32,000 nucleotides of DNA from Candidatus Saccharimonadota bacterium (GTDB lineage Bacteria; Patescibacteriota; Gracilibacteria; BD1-5; UBA6164): contig OY782392.1 in assembly GCA_963677765.1 (NCBI GenBank), forward strand, positions 270,001-302,000, read 5' to 3'. Under the pieces are notes generated by a model, which was given only the letters and a program-made list of their open reading frames with translations, was not told the DNA's origin and ran no database searches. Position 1 is the stretch's first letter; each line of letters begins with the position of its first letter. The translations under genes and the position numbers were made by a program. This document shows positions 30,118-32,000 of the stretch, one piece after another.

Positions 30118-30148
30118 AAGCCTTAGCTATCTGCTAAGGCCTTTTTTG
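30116..30148. terminator. GC-rich bidirectional terminator lying inside the 3' end of the convergent patatin gene
   Basis: gccttagc-tatct-gctaaggc followed by cttttttg. The hairpin encodes the last codons (KKALADS-stop) of the minus-strand gene. Confidence 0.75.
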
Positions 30149-30914
30149 TTTCTTTATATCATAAATCTATAAACTCTTTTATTTTATCAAAACTATAATA
30201 ATCTAAATCTCAAAAATTTGGTTGAATAATTACCCCTTTTCATTTGGTATTTTCTATAGATTTTAATTCATTTTGTTTCATCATAAGCAAAGTCATTCTA
30301 TGAAAAACTTCATAATTATATTCAAAAAATGATTTTTTAGTATTAAATCATAAAAATTTTTTCATTTTTGATAATCTTCAAACTTTTTGTTTTAATGCAC
30401 TTATTCAAATAATATTTTCTCAGTCTAATATATCTACAGGTAAATTATTTACTATTCAACCATCCATATATGTATTATCTCATATTTCATAAGGCATAAA
30501 AATTCAAGGAAGACTTAAACTAGCTCTAACTGCATCGGATATTTTTCATTTAGTAAAAACTTCTTTTTCTCAAGTTTCTATATTAGTTGCTACTATTTTT
30601 AAATCTATATCTAAATCTTCTATATTTTTATTTCAAAAAAGTTCATCCAAAGTTTTTTGAAGTTTTTTTCATTTTATAAATCAAAAATTAAATCAAAAAT
30701 CTATAAGTTTATAAATCTTTAGTTCATTAGCAATATTTTCTATTTCAGCTGAATTATTTCAACATGCATATAATGCTCAAACAATAGCTCACATTGAAGT
30801 TCATGAAATTTCTTTTATTTCATAATCATTAGTTTCAAGATATCTTAACACTCATATATGTACTAGTCATCTTGCAGCTCATCATCAAAGAGCTAATGAT
30901 ATTTCTTTTTTCAT
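30123..30914 (-). CDS. Patatin-like phospholipase (RssA-like)
   Basis: LALGGGAARGLVHIGVL (oxyanion hole, four of its Gly are TGA), GTSMGAIVGALY (GxSxG) and MDGGIVNNLP (catalytic Asp). 263 aa. Confidence 0.9.
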
Positions 30915-30924
30915 AATTTTAAAA

Positions 30925-31374
30925 TTAAATTCATTTAGAAGACAAACTTCAATTTGATAATATATTATTGATACTATTTTTTATTTTTTCAAAGTCTATT
31001 TTATTTTTCTTTTTAGCTAAAACATCATATACTAGTGTATCTTGTTTTTCTGTTCAGTAATTTTCTATAAAAACTTTAAATCAAATAAGAATTTTACCTG
31101 ATTTAACTTTTTCTATAGTATCTTTGTCATAGGCTTTTTTTTGAGAATTATTTAAATTTATAGATTCTACATTATATCATTTATCTTCTAAAAAATTATA
31201 AATACCTAAAAAACTAGTTCAATTATAATCATTTAAAAGTTCTATAAATGATAAGTTTCTTTCAATAATAGATTCTTTTATTCAAGGGAAAGCTTGTTTT
31301 AAGGCATAAGTATGTTGTTCTCTCATATCATCAAGACTAAGAGATGATTTAAAATGATTTGGATTCATAGTCAT
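30925..31374 (-). CDS. Hypothetical protein (149 aa), co-transcribed with the patatin gene
   Basis: 150 codons are open with TGA=Gly. Its stop is 10 nt before the patatin ATG. No recognised motif. Confidence 0.65.
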
Positions 31375-31406
31375 AATATACATTACAATAATTTAAACTA
31401 AATTTA

Positions 31407-31434
31407 TTTATAAATATTTTTTAAAACTTTGCAA
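31407..31434 (-). promoter_or_regulatory. Candidate promoter for the hypothetical-patatin operon
   Basis: On the minus strand: TTGCAA (31434-29), 16-nt spacer, TATAAA (31412-07). Confidence 0.35.
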
Positions 31435-31442
31435 GTTAATTA

Positions 31443-31470
31443 AAAAGAAGACTAATAAAGCCTTCTTTTT
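31443..31470 (-). terminator. Terminator downstream of tex
   Basis: Minus-strand AGAAGGC-uuuauua-GUCUUCU (one G-U) followed by UUUUU. Confidence 0.55.
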
Positions 31471-31471
31471 T

Positions 31472-32000
31472 TTAATTAAGTCATTTCATAGAAAGTTGAA
31501 TCTTTCAAGTTTTTTCATCTATAGAAGTTACTTTAACTTTTACATTTTGTCACACTTCTAATACTTCTTTTGGATCTGATATAAATCTATCAGTAATTTG
31601 ACTAATATGTACTAATCAATCATTTTTTGTACCTATATCTACAAATGCTCCAAATGCTAAAACATTTCTTACAACTCATTCTATAATATCTCATTCTTTT
31701 ATATCAACACTATCTCATGATAAATTAGCCTTTTTATGAGTAGAATTAACTCTTTTTTCTTTTCATATTTCATTATATGATTTTATAATAAAATCTATAG
31801 TTTCTGAATTTGCATCACTATATAATGAAGTAATGGCTTCTTTATTTTTTTCAAAATCTCAAGGTTTTATATTGTTTTCAATTATATATGAAGCAAGACC
31901 ATATTGTTCTGGATGAATATCAGTATTATCTAATTTTTCTTCACTATCAGGAACTCTTAAAAATCATACAGCTTGTTCATAAACTTTTTCTGATAATTGT
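31472..32000 (-). CDS. tex: Tex-like RNA-binding transcription accessory protein, C-terminal part (gene starts beyond the window end)
   Basis: AVGFLRVPDSEEKLDNTDIHPEQY, then the C-terminal S1 domain GDIIEGVVRNVLAFGAFVDIGTKNDGLVHISQITDRFISDPKEVLEVGQNVKVKVTSIDEKTGKIQLSMK. TAA at 31474-31472. Confidence 0.88.

Noticed and set aside
1-32000. Alternative explanations for the in-frame TGAs: the Mycoplasma-type code (TGA=Trp), selenocysteine, or massive pseudogenisation.
   Set aside because: TGA aligns with invariant Gly in at least six unrelated motifs. Trp positions use TGG. The density (dozens per gene, no SECIS context) excludes Sec. Frames are otherwise intact, with no TAA/TAG interruptions or frameshifts, so these are not pseudogenes.

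Overview
This is a very AT-rich, tightly packed chromosomal window that is only interpretable if TGA is a sense codon for glycine (translation table 25). That points to a Gracilibacteria/Absconditabacteria-type (CPR/Patescibacteria) genome. The supplied standard-code ORF track is therefore fragmented, and several of its longest entries are antisense artefacts. Re-reading both strands by hand with TGA=Gly gives 34 CDS (nusA and tex are cut by the window edges) plus one tRNA-Glu(CUC). Most transcription units end in A-tract/hairpin/T-tract terminators, many shared by convergent genes. Content: ftsA-ftsZ, nusA, a stand-alone rplK, tex, dinB and a TrmH-family methyltransferase. Transporters: a DAACS symporter, AI-2E/PerM and a Na/Pi cotransporter. 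There is a complete zinc module (zur, COG0523 GTPase, znuACB) and a copper module (HMA/DsbD_2/cupredoxin fusion plus copA). Also present: an orphan VirB4-like ATPase beside a membrane PP2C phosphatase, a patatin-like phospholipase, an ATP-grasp ligase, a short DUF1846 protein, and several orphan secreted, lipo- and membrane proteins. Most interesting observations: (i) the recoding itself. (ii) Three monocistronic mini-genes (58, 66 and 49 aa) are the only genes here with a Shine-Dalgarno sequence. They also have near-consensus sigma70 promoters, GC-rich codons and no TGA, and two of them look paralogous. (iii) A two-gene orphan cassette beside tRNA-Glu is bracketed by near-identical copies of one terminator hairpin. 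No CRISPR array, rRNA, transposase or integrase was seen. All coordinates and translations were derived by hand. CDS coordinates include the stop codon.
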